Shown: positions 1 to 9,000, counted from the first letter of the stretch. The stretch: 64,000 nucleotides of DNA from Candidatus Margulisiibacteriota bacterium (GCA_034723395.1 JAYEOW010000029.1:73293-137292), one strand, 5' to 3'. Notes: generated from the letters alone by a model not told the origin. Translations and numbers: made by a program.

Positions 1-667
1 GTGAGCTGCCGACTATTTTTATTTCGCCAAAATCAAAATATGAAGCGAAGGGAGAGGGATTTATCTTTCGTAATCGTTTGTATATCTCGAACGGATGTTC
101 TTCGATCTCTTTTTCGAACCTTTGAGATAAGTTTACCTGGTAGATGTCGCCGGATGAAATGTATTCTTTAGCCTGGCGGACGATCTCTTCGAACTCTTCT
201 TTTTTTAGGTTTGATGTTGGCAGGCTATCCCCATCCCCCTTCCCCCTTAGTAAGGGGGAAGGGGAGAAAGGGGTTAGGGGTTGATTAATTTTATCCGCAA
301 TCGCCTTAGGATTCTTGGCGCGTATCTCAACTTCCTGTTTTTGATGATCAAAAATGGCTAATGTTTCCGGCGCTATAAAATTAACCTTAGGAATTCCTAA
401 ATCATCTTTTGCCAAATTTGGTAGATCCTCGATCTCCCAGGCAAAATCGTAGCTAAAAAATCCAAAGGCGCCGTTTTTTAGGTATGCTTTCTCTAGTTCT
501 TCAAATGAGGAAATAGTCTGGACAGGATCGATCCCGATAAATGAGTATTGCTCGAGCCTGCCTTGACCGAGGGGACTTTCCAAAAGAAAGGATCCTGGCC
601 CGTTATAAAGGGATTCAAAGATTGATAATGGTGTTAAATTTTGAGCTTTGAGCTTTAAGTTTTGCAT
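1..667 (-). CDS. Anthranilate/aminodeoxychorismate synthase component I family (TrpE/PabB-like), 5' part only (N-terminal ~222 aa); 3' end lies beyond the left edge
   Basis: Hand translation of the minus strand from ATG at 667..665 gives MQNLKLKAQNLTPLSIFESLYNGPGSFLLESPLGQGR...SGDIYQVNLSQRF, the classic chorismate-utilising enzyme N-terminal region. The frame stays open down to position 1. It is absent from the ORF track because it has no stop inside the window. Confidence 0.75.
   Translation of the reverse strand, partial: MQNLKLKAQNLTPLSIFESLYNGPGSFLLESPLGQGRLEQYSFIGIDPVQTISSFEELEKAYLKNGAFGFFSYDFAWEIEDLPNLAKDDLGIPKVNFIAPETLAIFDHQKQEVEIRAKNPKAIADKINQPLTPFSPSPLLRGKGDGDSLPTSNLKKEEFEEIVRQAKEYISSGDIYQVNLSQRFEKEIEEHPFEIYKRLRKINPSPFASYFDFGEIKIVGSS
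229..280. repeat. Palindromic GC-rich hairpin repeat (CCCCCTTCCCCC-ttagtaa-GGGGGAAGGGG) lying in-frame inside the trpE/pabB-like CDS
   Basis: Near-perfect inverted repeat seen directly. On the minus strand it translates as ...PLTPFSPSPLLRGKGDGDS... without a stop, between the conserved N-terminal and GDIYQVNLSQRF segments. Confidence 0.7.
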
Positions 668-726
668 TTTAAAAGTGAGGTTTGGATGTCCGCTTTTACA
701 GGACTAGGGCATAACCTAAAATAAAT

Positions 727-747
727 TGGGCCCAGTTGGATTCGAAC
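727..747 (-). repeat. 21-bp direct repeat identical to the 3' end of tRNA-Met (tgggcccagttggattcgaac); partial tRNA copy, att-site-like
   Basis: Exact 21/21 match to 835..855. The flanking sequence does not fold into a complete tRNA. Confidence 0.6.
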
Positions 748-834
748 TCCCTCGACTCACTACGTTCGCTCGGGAGTCTTTGATCACACTCTATTTTACC
801 AATTAATATCGAGCGAGTGAAACGAGTCGAGATA

Positions 835-906
835 TGGGCCCAGTTGGATTCGAACCAACAACCAATCGGTTATGAGCCGAGCGCTCCACCATTGAGCTAT
901 GGGCCC
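835..906 (-). tRNA. tRNA-Met (anticodon CAT; could be initiator or elongator Met, or the Ile-lysidine type)
   Basis: The reverse complement reads GGGCCCATAGCTCAATGGTGGAGCGCTCGGCTCATAACCGATTGGTTGTTGGTTCGAATCCAACTGGGCCCA. It has a 7-bp acceptor stem, D and T arms (TTCGAAT loop) and an anticodon loop CTCATAA. Confidence 0.85.
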
Positions 907-969
907 GTCGCGAAATTTAAGTCTAGCCTAACTTGCGACGGTAGTCAAGGCGTGGTAAGATTTAGCGAA

Positions 970-1043
970 GGGCGGTTAGTTCAGCTGGTTAGAATGCCTC
1001 GCTTACACCGAGGAGGTCGTAGGTTCGACTCCTACACCGCCCA
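970..1043 (+). tRNA. tRNA-Val (anticodon TAC)
   Basis: Sequence GGGCGGTTAGTTCAGCTGGTTAGAATGCCTCGCTTACACCGAGGAGGTCGTAGGTTCGACTCCTACACCGCCCA forms a cloverleaf. The anticodon stem-loop is CCTCG-CTTACAC-CGAGG. Confidence 0.88.
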
Positions 1044-1064
1044 TTCTAAAGTCGTAGAGCGCGG

Positions 1065-1136
1065 GGGCGTGTAGTTTAGTGGTAGAACGCTTCCTTCACA
1101 CGGAAGAGGTCGCAGGTTCGATCCCTGCCGCGCCCA
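1065..1136 (+). tRNA. tRNA-Val (anticodon CAC)
   Basis: Sequence GGGCGTGTAGTTTAGTGGTAGAACGCTTCCTTCACACGGAAGAGGTCGCAGGTTCGATCCCTGCCGCGCCCA. The acceptor pairs GGGCGTG with CGCGCCC, and the anticodon stem-loop is CTTCC-TTCACAC-GGAAG. Confidence 0.85.
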
Positions 1137-1158
1137 TTCTTACTAAGAGGTGATAAAA

Positions 1159-1326
1159 ATGGGAGAAGAGACCAAAAATGTTGATGATTTATTAAAGCAG
1201 ATCGGGGAGTTTGAGAAGACATTAGACGGATTGAAGCAGAATGTCGGGAGTTTAAAGACAAAACTTTTAGAAAGCAAAGAGAAATTCGGCATAGATATCA
1301 ATAAGTGGCCGAAAGACGCTCAGTAG
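1159..1326 (+). CDS. Small hydrophilic protein (55 aa, predicted coiled coil), translationally coupled to the downstream NSS transporter gene
   Basis: ATG at 1159 is preceded by AAGAGGTGA at a 6-7 nt spacing. It reads MGEETKNVDDLLKQIGEFEKTLDGLKQNVGSLKTKLLESKEKFGIDINKWPKDAQ. The stop at 1324-1326 is 3 nt before the transporter ATG at 1330. Shorter than the ORF-track cutoff. Confidence 0.4.
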   Translation: MGEETKNVDDLLKQIGEFEKTLDGLKQNVGSLKTKLLESKEKFGIDINKWPKDAQ

Positions 1327-1329
1327 AAG

Positions 1330-2865
1330 ATGGCTGAAAAACGCGAAAAGTGGGGGACCAAGATCGGGGTGATCCTGGCGGTAGCTGGATCAGCCGTCGG
1401 TCTCGGAAACTTTCTCCGCTTCCCGGTCCAGGCCGCCCAGAACGGTGGCGGCGCCTTCATGATCCCCTATTTCATCTCCTTTCTCCTTTTAGGTATTCCT
1501 CTGATGTGGATCGAATGGGCGATCGGACGGCACGGCGGTCTTTTTGGCCACGGAACTGCCCCTTTTATCTTCAATAAACTGGCCAAGAATAGAATTGTTA
1601 AATATCTTGGAACGATCGGGATCTTTGGCCCGATGGTAATTTTCATCTACTATACATATATTGAATCGTGGCTTCTTGGGTATGCATTTTTTGCGCTGAC
1701 GGGAAAGCTCCTTTCGATGGCAACCAGTGATGGGATGAAAGAGTTCCTGACCGCTTATCAGGGATTATCTCCCCAAAGCAATATCTGGACCGCATATGTA
1801 TTTTTTCTTGTAACTTTTGGCATAAATTTTTATATTATCCGGCAGGGAATTAAAAAAGGGATCGAAAGGCTGTGTAAAATTGCATTGCCTCTGCTGTTTA
1901 TGTTTGCGATCATTATTGCGGTAAGAGTATTAAGTTTGGGAGCTCCGGTCCCGGGGAATCCAAACTGGAATATCTTAAATGGGATCGGATTTCTCTGGAA
2001 CGCGGATTTTTCCGCTTTGACCAACGCCAAAGTTTGGCTGGCTGCGGCTGGCCAGATATTCTTTACCCTTAGCGTCGGTATCGGGGCGATCTTAACTTAC
2101 GCGAGTTATCTGAGCCATGGGGATGATGTGGTCCTCTCCGGCCTAACTTCTGCTTCGATGAACGAATTTGCCGAAGTTATTCTGGGAGGATCGATCGTTA
2201 TCCCCGCTGCTTTTGCCTTTTTTGGAATGGTTGGGGCGCAAGAGGTCGCGGCTGGCGGGGCGTTTAACCTTGGCTTTGTAACAATGCCGCTGATCTTCGG
2301 ACAGATCCCGTTCGGCCAGGTATTTGCGGTCCTCTGGTTTACCCTTCTGTTTTTAGCGGGAATAACTTCTTCCGTATCGCTGATCGAGCCGGCAGTTGCT
2401 TTTGTTAAAGATGAGTTTAAGCTCGATCGCAAAGCTGCCGTCCGCTGGATAATGATCGTTACCTTTATTCTTTGCCAGTTCCCGGTCTTTTTCCTGGGGC
2501 AGGGGGTGGTGGATGAGATGGACTTTTGGGGAGGGACATTCTGCTTAGTCCTTTTTGCCACGATTGAAACGGTTCTTTTCGTTTGGGTATTTGGGATCGA
2601 TAAGGCGTGGGAGGAGATCCATCACGGCTCTGAACTTACTATCCCAAAATTCTATAAATTTATCATGAAATATGTTACCCCGGCATTCTTATTCTTTATC
2701 CTCGGTTTCTGGTTTATCCAGCAGGGAATACCGACAATAATGATGGAAGGGGTGCCGGCGGCAAATGTCCCCTATGTCCTGGCAACCAGGCTGGGGTTGA
2801 TCGGATTGTTTGCCGGGCTGGCGATCATGGTTAGGATCGCGTGGAAGAGGAGGCAACAAGTATGA
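1330..2865 (+). CDS. Neurotransmitter:sodium symporter (NSS/SNF) family Na+-dependent transporter
   Basis: N-terminal GVILAVAGSAVGLGNFLRFPVQAAQNGGGAFMIPYFISFLLLGIPLMWIEWAIGR is the NSS signature. The protein is 511 aa and multi-TM. Confidence 0.93.
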   Translation: MAEKREKWGTKIGVILAVAGSAVGLGNFLRFPVQAAQNGGGAFMIPYFISFLLLGIPLMWIEWAIGRHGGLFGHGTAPFIFNKLAKNRIVKYLGTIGIFGPMVIFIYYTYIESWLLGYAFFALTGKLLSMATSDGMKEFLTAYQGLSPQSNIWTAYVFFLVTFGINFYIIRQGIKKGIERLCKIALPLLFMFAIIIAVRVLSLGAPVPGNPNWNILNGIGFLWNADFSALTNAKVWLAAAGQIFFTLSVGIGAILTYASYLSHGDDVVLSGLTSASMNEFAEVILGGSIVIPAAFAFFGMVGAQEVAAGGAFNLGFVTMPLIFGQIPFGQVFAVLWFTLLFLAGITSSVSLIEPAVAFVKDEFKLDRKAAVRWIMIVTFILCQFPVFFLGQGVVDEMDFWGGTFCLVLFATIETVLFVWVFGIDKAWEEIHHGSELTIPKFYKFIMKYVTPAFLFFILGFWFIQQGIPTIMMEGVPAANVPYVLATRLGLIGLFAGLAIMVRIAWKRRQQV

Positions 2866-2969
2866 ATGTTTTTGGCTGGATTTTTATTACTACCTCTTGG
2901 GTAATTATTATTGCGCTTAATATCTTCTGTTTTTATCGTGTCTTTACCGAACCTGAAGAAGAGCTGTGA
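2862..2969 (+). CDS. 35-aa single-TM micro-protein overlapping both neighbours (ATGA with the transporter, GTGA with the deacetylase); candidate small subunit of the NSS transporter
   Basis: MNVFGWIFITTSWVIIIALNIFCFYRVFTEPEEEL is hydrophobic. Its start overlaps the transporter stop and its stop overlaps the next start. The arrangement resembles the MetP-MetS (NSS plus small subunit) pairing. Confidence 0.45.
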   Translation: MNVFGWIFITTSWVIIIALNIFCFYRVFTEPEEEL

Positions 2970-3772
2970 AGAAGTATCTTGCCTTTTTCCTGTTTTTGTT
3001 CTTTGTTTTATCAATTCCTTCATCCGCGAAGTTTAATTATTTCCCGGTATTGGAATATCACCTGATCAGCCGTCCAGAGGCGCGTTGGAGCCGGTCGCCG
3101 GACAACTTTCGCAAAGATCTCGAATGGCTACATCAAAACAATTACTATCCAATGAACGTAAAAGATATTCTGACCAACTTTAAAGGGTTGCCTAAAGGAA
3201 AAAAACCGGTAGTTCTCACTTTTGACGACTCATCTTCCAGCCAGTTTCGTTATCTAAAGGATGGATCGATCGATCCAAATTGTGCGGTCGGGATTATGAA
3301 GGCTTTTTGCGATAAACATCCGGGCGAATGGCCGATGCGGGCGACCTTTTTTGTGCTGATCGAGACCAACAATCCGGACCGTGATCTTTTTGGCCAGAAA
3401 AAATATGCAAAGAAGAAGTTAAAAGAATTAATCGAGTGGGGGATGGAGGTTGGTGGGCACTGTTATTCGCACGAGCGGTTGAGTGATATCAGCACAAAAG
3501 CGGCGAAGTATGCTTTGGCGCGTTCATCGTATTATTTGGAGAAGATAACCGGACAGAAAATTGTCAGCATGGCGACGCCGATGGGGCTTTATCCAGAGGA
3601 CGATTCGATTTTTTCGGGAAGATACCAAAAGATCAAATATGATTATAAACTGGTTTGTGAAGTAGCGGGCGGATTCCAGGTCGTTCCCTGGTCAAAGAAG
3701 TTCAATCCCCGGCATATTAATCGGATTCAAACGATTTCTTCGGAATGGAAGAAATGGTTTGAGCGGGACTAA
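2966..3772 (+). CDS. Polysaccharide deacetylase (NodB/CE4 homology) family protein, secreted
   Basis: Signal peptide MKKYLAFFLFLFFVLSIPSSA. The segment PVVLTFDDSSSSQ resembles the NodB TFDD motif. Confidence 0.75.
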   Translation: MKKYLAFFLFLFFVLSIPSSAKFNYFPVLEYHLISRPEARWSRSPDNFRKDLEWLHQNNYYPMNVKDILTNFKGLPKGKKPVVLTFDDSSSSQFRYLKDGSIDPNCAVGIMKAFCDKHPGEWPMRATFFVLIETNNPDRDLFGQKKYAKKKLKELIEWGMEVGGHCYSHERLSDISTKAAKYALARSSYYLEKITGQKIVSMATPMGLYPEDDSIFSGRYQKIKYDYKLVCEVAGGFQVVPWSKKFNPRHINRIQTISSEWKKWFERD

Positions 3773-4728
3773 AACCGATACTGTGTTAAGGCCCTAGCCC
3801 CGCTTTTATTAATGATTTTATGTTTTATTCCGAAGAGAAGGTCCCGACTGGCGGTTGCGGTCGAGATATCTTTGTGGAAAGCCAGGTAGTCTTTTCTGGA
3901 AAAAAGCTTCTTTTGAAAATGGTCCCTGACCGACCTTAACCTGGTTTTTGCCGTCTGGACCTGCGGCCTAATATTGACCAAGAGCTTGCTAACCGCCTGT
4001 AAAATAACTTTTAACATAAACTCAATGAACCGGGTCGAGTTCCCGGCTTTATCCGCTTCCGCCAGGGATCTATAATATTCTTTTTGTTTTTCGCGGATGA
4101 TTGATTCGACCGGGATATATTCAAAAAGCGGGTGGTATTTGCGTAAAATAACGGTTTGCCAAAGGCGGCCCATTCGCCCGTTGCCATCTGAAAAAGGGTG
4201 GATAAATTCAAGTTCATAATGGAAAACGCTCGATTTTATCAGGGGATTTAAATTGTCTTTTCTTTTTAAGAAATTAAAAAGCTTGCCCATTAATTTTGGG
4301 ACCAGTTGATGCTTGGGGGCCATATGGGCAACTTTTGTCCCTTGAAAAATCCCGACGTTCCTGGAGCGCAGGAAACCCGCGTCTTCGGCCAGGCTGTTCA
4401 GTAGCGTTTGATGAGCTTTAAGTAAAGAATCAAGCCGATTAACCTTATAGCTATGGATTAAATCGTAGGCCATGATGGCATTTTTTACCTCGAGAATGTC
4501 TTTTTGTGGGCCGATCACCCGCTTGTGGTTTACCAGGTCTGTTACCTGTTGTTCGGTTAGCTGGTTTCCTTCAATTGCCAGTGATGAAAAAATTGTTTTT
4601 ATCCGGTTTTTTTTGCGCAGCTGCGGTTGAGGGATCGGGCCCTTTAATCCTTCGAACCGGCCCAGGAGGCGGTTGATCTCCGCGCAGAGGTTTAGGCTTC
4701 CAGCGGTAATTTTGAAAGGTGGATACAT
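3769..4728 (-). CDS. Fic/Doc family protein (class II, with N-terminal inhibitory motif)
   Basis: HPFSDGNGRMGRLW matches the Fic motif HxFx(D/E)GNGRxxR. The N-terminal SSLAIEGN fits the inhibitory (S/T)xxxE(G/N) helix. Confidence 0.9.
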   Translation of the reverse strand: MYPPFKITAGSLNLCAEINRLLGRFEGLKGPIPQPQLRKKNRIKTIFSSLAIEGNQLTEQQVTDLVNHKRVIGPQKDILEVKNAIMAYDLIHSYKVNRLDSLLKAHQTLLNSLAEDAGFLRSRNVGIFQGTKVAHMAPKHQLVPKLMGKLFNFLKRKDNLNPLIKSSVFHYELEFIHPFSDGNGRMGRLWQTVILRKYHPLFEYIPVESIIREKQKEYYRSLAEADKAGNSTRFIEFMLKVILQAVSKLLVNIRPQVQTAKTRLRSVRDHFQKKLFSRKDYLAFHKDISTATASRDLLFGIKHKIINKSGARALTQYRF

Positions 4729-4733
4729 TCCGT

Positions 4734-4755
4734 GATAGTATCATATGATACTATC
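4734..4755. promoter_or_regulatory. 22-bp perfect AT-rich palindrome GATAGTATCATATGATACTATC, a candidate operator
   Basis: Perfect dyad seen directly, 6 bp upstream of the Fic start at 4728. Confidence 0.4.
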
Positions 4756-4782
4756 ATAGTCAAGCGGTTCGATTGAAAAACA

Positions 4783-4857
4783 TGGTAGCCCCACGGGGAA
4801 TCGAACCCCGGTTCTCAGCTTGAAAAGCTGGTGTCCTAACCCCTAGACGATGGGGCC
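4783..4857 (-). tRNA. tRNA-Glu (anticodon TTC), CCA encoded
   Basis: The reverse complement GGCCCCATCGTCTAGGGGTTAGGACACCAGCTTTTCAAGCTGAGAACCGGGGTTCGATTCCCCGTGGGGCTACCA has the typical tRNA-Glu D-arm. Confidence 0.9.
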
Positions 4858-4873
4858 ATGTCAGAACATCGGA

Positions 4874-4893
4874 CCTGCCTGCCGGCAGGCAGG
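4874..4893. repeat. 20-bp perfect GC palindrome CCTGCCTGCCGGCAGGCAGG; a second copy lies at 34402-34417
   Basis: Direct observation. Both copies sit in 5' regions of genes. Confidence 0.5.
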
Positions 4894-4942
4894 ATATCAG
4901 ATTACCAGAATATCAGAGGGAATTCAAGTTTTCAAGATTTGC

Positions 4943-4970
4943 TTGCCATCTCTTTTCCAAATGTTATAAT
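4943..4970 (+). promoter_or_regulatory. Sigma-70-like promoter: TTGCCA, 16-nt spacer, extended -10 TGTTATAAT
   Basis: Hexamers and spacing were read directly, about 20 nt upstream of the GTG at 4990. Confidence 0.4.
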
Positions 4971-4989
4971 TCTACCCAAGGGAAAACTT

Positions 4990-6192
4990 GTGAATATTCG
5001 CTATATTATATGCTCATTAATGGTTTTGTTTGTGATTGCCGGCTCATCCTTTTCTGCTACAACCTCTGTCGATCCTCTCCGGATTGGTGTCGGCGCCCGC
5101 TCGCTGGCTATGGGACGGACCAATCTAGTAGCCCCGGGCGATATTAACGCCATCTTTGTTAATCCTGCTAACGCCGCCTATATCGATGGATGGGGATTAA
5201 CCAGCATGTACACCTCCCTGATGGATGGAGATATTAACTATACGTTAATGGGTGGGGGAAAGAAGTTTGATTTTGGCGGGATGGGGGTCGCTTACTTGAG
5301 CGGTGGAACGACCGGGATCTCAGTTACAACCAGAGATGCGAATGGAAGGGTGGTTTCGGCCGGAACAAGCTTTGACTATGCAAATTCGGTGATCGCGTTA
5401 AGCTGGGGTAGGATGCTGCGCGAAAATATTGCCGGCGGCGCTGTCTTAAAATCATTTTCTAAAGGATTTACCGGTGGATATTCATCCGGATCTGGATTTG
5501 ATCTCGATCTTGGGATCCTTTTTAAACCGAGACCAAACCTAACTGCCGGGATCGCGATCCAAAATGTTCTTCCGACCGGTATTTCGTGGAATACGGGGAC
5601 GAACGAAGATGTCCCGATGCTAATTAAGGCAGGATTGACCAGCCGGATAAAAGAGAATATTTTGCTGGCTGCAGATGCAGACCTCTCACCTTTTGCTTTA
5701 CATAGTGGGGTGGAGTGGCAATTAAACAGGATGTTTGTCCTGCGCGGCGGATTAGACCAGGTGCCGAGCGGATCTGAGAGCGCTTTAAATCTTGGCGTTG
5801 GCGTGGGAATAGATTTCCGGCGCTTTAAGTTTGATTACGCTTACTACAAAGATAATACGCTGGATGCGAATTCAACCCATTATTTTACCTTGGGATTTGC
5901 CGCTCCACAATTTGGGAAGAAAACGAAAAAAAACCTTGACTCCGCTCGGGGGAACCAAGCCCGGGGCAAAGAAGTGAAGAAAAAACTCCCTCCGCCGCCA
6001 ATTAAAAAAGTTCCTGAGCCGACGCCGAAACCGCGAATTAAGTCGGTTAAAGAGAAAAAGATCGAGGCTTATATCGATCTTTTAGAAAATAAACTGAGAA
6101 GCGCAAAAAAACCCGCTCGCAGAGTAAAACTAAAATCAATGATCGACCAGCAGAAAGCCCGTCTTGAACAGGTTACTTCAAATACTCCCTAA
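4990..6192 (+). CDS. Outer-membrane beta-barrel protein, PorV/FadL-like (UPF0164-like) family, with a Lys/Pro-rich C-terminal tail
   Basis: Signal peptide followed by [20 protein letters not shown]...FVNPANAAY. The barrel ends FKFDYAYY. It is a paralogue of the N-terminal domain of 47655..49598. The start was moved to GTG 4990 (RBS AAGGGA) because the track start at 4858 overlaps tRNA-Glu. Confidence 0.7.
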   Translation: MNIRYIICSLMVLFVIAGSSFSATTSVDPLRIGVGARSLAMGRTNLVAPGDINAIFVNPANAAYIDGWGLTSMYTSLMDGDINYTLMGGGKKFDFGGMGVAYLSGGTTGISVTTRDANGRVVSAGTSFDYANSVIALSWGRMLRENIAGGAVLKSFSKGFTGGYSSGSGFDLDLGILFKPRPNLTAGIAIQNVLPTGISWNTGTNEDVPMLIKAGLTSRIKENILLAADADLSPFALHSGVEWQLNRMFVLRGGLDQVPSGSESALNLGVGVGIDFRRFKFDYAYYKDNTLDANSTHYFTLGFAAPQFGKKTKKNLDSARGNQARGKEVKKKLPPPPIKKVPEPTPKPRIKSVKEKKIEAYIDLLENKLRSAKKPARRVKLKSMIDQQKARLEQVTSNTP

Positions 6193-7228
6193 GTTTTCGG
6201 GCCCGGGTCGGATGTTTTAATTTCCGCAGCGCTTTGGCTTCGATCTGGCGGATTCGTTCACGTGTAACATTGAATACCCGCCCTACCTCTTCTAACGTCC
6301 GCGGATGGCCGTCGTCCAGGCCAAAACGAAGTTTAAGTACGATCTTTTCGCGCTCAGTAAGGGTGTTCATTACATTTTCAAGATCATCACGCAAAAGCCC
6401 TTGCATTACGATATCGTCCGGAGCTTGCACGCTCCCATCCTCAACAAAATCGCCCAGACGCGAACTCTCTTCGTCGCCGATCGGCATTTCCAGCGATAGG
6501 GGGACCTGGGAGATCTTGATGATCTCGCGCACCTTTTCTACCGTGATATGTGCTTTCTTGGCAATCTCTTTTTCGGTCGGTTTACGGCCCAATTTTTGCA
6601 GCAGCTGGCGCGAAGTCTTGCGCAGCCGGTTGATGGTCTCGACCATGTGTACCGGGATACGGATCGTGCGCGCCTGGTCGGCAATCGCTCGGGTGATCGC
6701 CTGGCGGATCCACCAGGTCGCGTAAGTTGAGAACTTGTACCCTTTGCGGTAATCGAATTTCTCAACCGCACGGATCAGGCCAAGATTTCCTTCTTGGACC
6801 AGATCGAGGAAGAGCATTCCGCGGCCGGTATACTTTTTGGCGATCGAGACCACCAATCGCAAATTGGAGTTAACCAGCTTATGTTTGGCGCGGATCTCCA
6901 TCGCTTTGATCTTTTTGGCCAGAACGACCTCTTCTTCTGAGGTTAGAAGCGGGAATTTGCCGATTTCGCGCAGGTACATGCGGACGGTATCATCCACGCC
7001 GACCCCTTTAAGGGCGGCAAGCTCCTTTTTTATCGGTTCGTCTTCTTTATTGTGTTTTACTATCTCCTTTTTTTCGGAGATTTCGATCCCTTTCCCGATC
7101 AGTTGCTCGATCTGGCCGAGATTTTTCTCCGGCTCGGGGATAATCGAAAGGATCTCCTCAGGAGTTAGATAACCCTTGCGGGCTGCGGTTGCTTTTAAGA
7201 ATTCAAATCCATTTCGTTTTGCAATCAT
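6173..7228 (-). CDS. rpoD: RNA polymerase sigma factor RpoD/SigA (primary sigma-70, compact at 351 aa)
   Basis: Regions 2-4 are present: [40 protein letters not shown] and [17 protein letters not shown]. It lies downstream of dnaG. Confidence 0.93.
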   Translation of the reverse strand: MIAKRNGFEFLKATAARKGYLTPEEILSIIPEPEKNLGQIEQLIGKGIEISEKKEIVKHNKEDEPIKKELAALKGVGVDDTVRMYLREIGKFPLLTSEEEVVLAKKIKAMEIRAKHKLVNSNLRLVVSIAKKYTGRGMLFLDLVQEGNLGLIRAVEKFDYRKGYKFSTYATWWIRQAITRAIADQARTIRIPVHMVETINRLRKTSRQLLQKLGRKPTEKEIAKKAHITVEKVREIIKISQVPLSLEMPIGDEESSRLGDFVEDGSVQAPDDIVMQGLLRDDLENVMNTLTEREKIVLKLRFGLDDGHPRTLEEVGRVFNVTRERIRQIEAKALRKLKHPTRARKLREYLK

Positions 7229-7245
7229 TACATTCCTCCAAATTA

Positions 7246-8997
7246 TTATCGGACATTACTTTGGGCGATTTCACTTTTTAGGGCAGAAAGTAATTGTGAG
7301 ACTTTTTGGGTCTCACCTTTTTTTTCTGCCTCCCGGATCTCTGTTTTTAAGATCTCTATTTTGTTTTTTTGCCGCACCCCTTTTATTACGTTTATGCAGT
7401 CTTCCATGATCTGTTTGTCGTCGCTGCTATGGACCAATCGATCGCTCATTAATATTCCGGATAAGAACTTCCTGGTCCCTTCTTCCGGCAAGTTGTCCAG
7501 GATAAAATGGGCCGGATTATTGTTTTCTGCTTCCGCAGAAAACATAAGTTCGGCGATCTTTTTTATGTCCGGGATAGAGAAATCGTCCACTTTTAGATGG
7601 TCTCTTAATGTTTTTAACGATCCAGCATTTTGGGCGGCAATGGCAATGATCGTTTTTTCCGCTTCGTGGACCTTTGAGGCCGGCTTCTCGGTTTTTCTAT
7701 GCAGCAACCCTCTTCCCATCCTTTTATATTGTTTAGATCGCTTGGTTTCAGATAAGATCGTGTCCGTGCTTGTTTTGAGAACAGGAGCGATCAGTTTTGC
7801 ATACTCTTTCTGGACAAAGGGATCTTTCTCGGTATTCAGCAAGGCGGAGACTTCTTGGAGTGCCTTTCCTCTCCCTTCGATCTCTTTAAGATTGTGGCGT
7901 AACAAGGTTCGATTGATTTTAAATTCAAGATAGGGGAGGGAAGAATTTAAGCATTGGTCAAATCCTTCCCTTCCCAACTTATTGATTATTTCATCGGGAT
8001 CTTTTCCGCCCGAAAGTTTTGCAACCTTTACCTTTAATCCCTGGCCCCTGAGCAGTTCAATCGAACGCTCGGCCGCGATCCCGCCGGCCGCATCGGCGTC
8101 GAATCCCAGTATTACTGTATCGCAGTAGCGCGACAATAACTTGCACTGGTTAACGGTCAATGCTGTCCCCAAGGTGGCGACGATATTCGTGATCCCTGCT
8201 TGGAACGGGGTGATCAGATCAAAGTACCCTTCGACCATCACTGCGGTTTTGCTCTTCTTAATACTATCTTTCGAAAGATCCAAACCAAAAAGAGTTTCTC
8301 CTTTGTGATAGATCAAGGTGTCGGAGGAATTCATGTACTTGGGCTCTTCATCCCCGAGCGATCTCCCGCCAAAAGCCAAGACCCTTCCGCGCTGGTCGCA
8401 GATGGTAAAGATCAAGCGGTTGCGGAAACGGTCGTAATAACCGCTTTTCCCTTCCCGGGCGAGGATCAAACCGCTCTTTTCGATCAGTTGGGGATCGACT
8501 CCGCGCGATACCAGATGTTTGAAAAGATTATCCCAGCCGGGCAGGGCAAAACCCAAGCGGAAGGCTTCTTTTGTTTTATCGGTTATCTTTCTCTTCTTTA
8601 AATATGCCAGGGCCTCATCATTTAGATTACTTTGAAAATAATCGGCGGCGAGCTTCATGACCTGATAGAGCTTGTCTTTTTCGCCGCGCGAACGGCCTGC
8701 GGTCTTTGGCTTTGGAACATCTATCCCAACTTTTATCCCAAGTTCTTCAACTGCTTCGACAAAGCTGATATTTTCGATCTTCATTAAGAAGGCAAACGCG
8801 TTGCCCCCCTCGTTGCAGCCGAAACAATGGAAGATCTGTTTCTCAGGGGATACTGTAAACGAGGCATCCTTTTCCGCGTGAAAAGGGCAGAGACCGAGGT
8901 AGTTCTTCCCCCGCTTTTTTAACTGGACAAATTCGGATATCACTTTTACGATATCCGATTTATTTCTTATCTCTTCAATTATATGAGCTGGAATCAT
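7246..8997 (-). CDS. dnaG: DNA primase DnaG
   Basis: Zinc-binding motif [11 protein letters not shown]...[11 protein letters not shown]. The TOPRIM region reads EGYFDLI...GFDADAAG. Confidence 0.93.
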   Translation of the reverse strand: MIPAHIIEEIRNKSDIVKVISEFVQLKKRGKNYLGLCPFHAEKDASFTVSPEKQIFHCFGCNEGGNAFAFLMKIENISFVEAVEELGIKVGIDVPKPKTAGRSRGEKDKLYQVMKLAADYFQSNLNDEALAYLKKRKITDKTKEAFRLGFALPGWDNLFKHLVSRGVDPQLIEKSGLILAREGKSGYYDRFRNRLIFTICDQRGRVLAFGGRSLGDEEPKYMNSSDTLIYHKGETLFGLDLSKDSIKKSKTAVMVEGYFDLITPFQAGITNIVATLGTALTVNQCKLLSRYCDTVILGFDADAAGGIAAERSIELLRGQGLKVKVAKLSGGKDPDEIINKLGREGFDQCLNSSLPYLEFKINRTLLRHNLKEIEGRGKALQEVSALLNTEKDPFVQKEYAKLIAPVLKTSTDTILSETKRSKQYKRMGRGLLHRKTEKPASKVHEAEKTIIAIAAQNAGSLKTLRDHLKVDDFSIPDIKKIAELMFSAEAENNNPAHFILDNLPEEGTRKFLSGILMSDRLVHSSDDKQIMEDCINVIKGVRQKNKIEILKTEIREAEKKGETQKVSQLLSALKSEIAQSNVR

Positions 8998-9000
8998 AGA

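Noticed and set aside
727-800. Possible second tRNA gene next to tRNA-Met
   Set aside because: Only the 3' 21 nt match. The rest cannot form T, anticodon or D arms. It is treated as a partial duplication.
817-1261. Track ORFs 817..1074 (+) and 1076..1261 (-)
   Set aside because: They are fully occupied by three tRNA genes (Met, Val-TAC, Val-CAC). The ORFs are read-through artefacts.
4858-4989. Track start of the PorV-like ORF at 4858
   Set aside because: It overlaps tRNA-Glu and a promoter-like region. The GTG at 4990 with an RBS and a signal peptide fits better.
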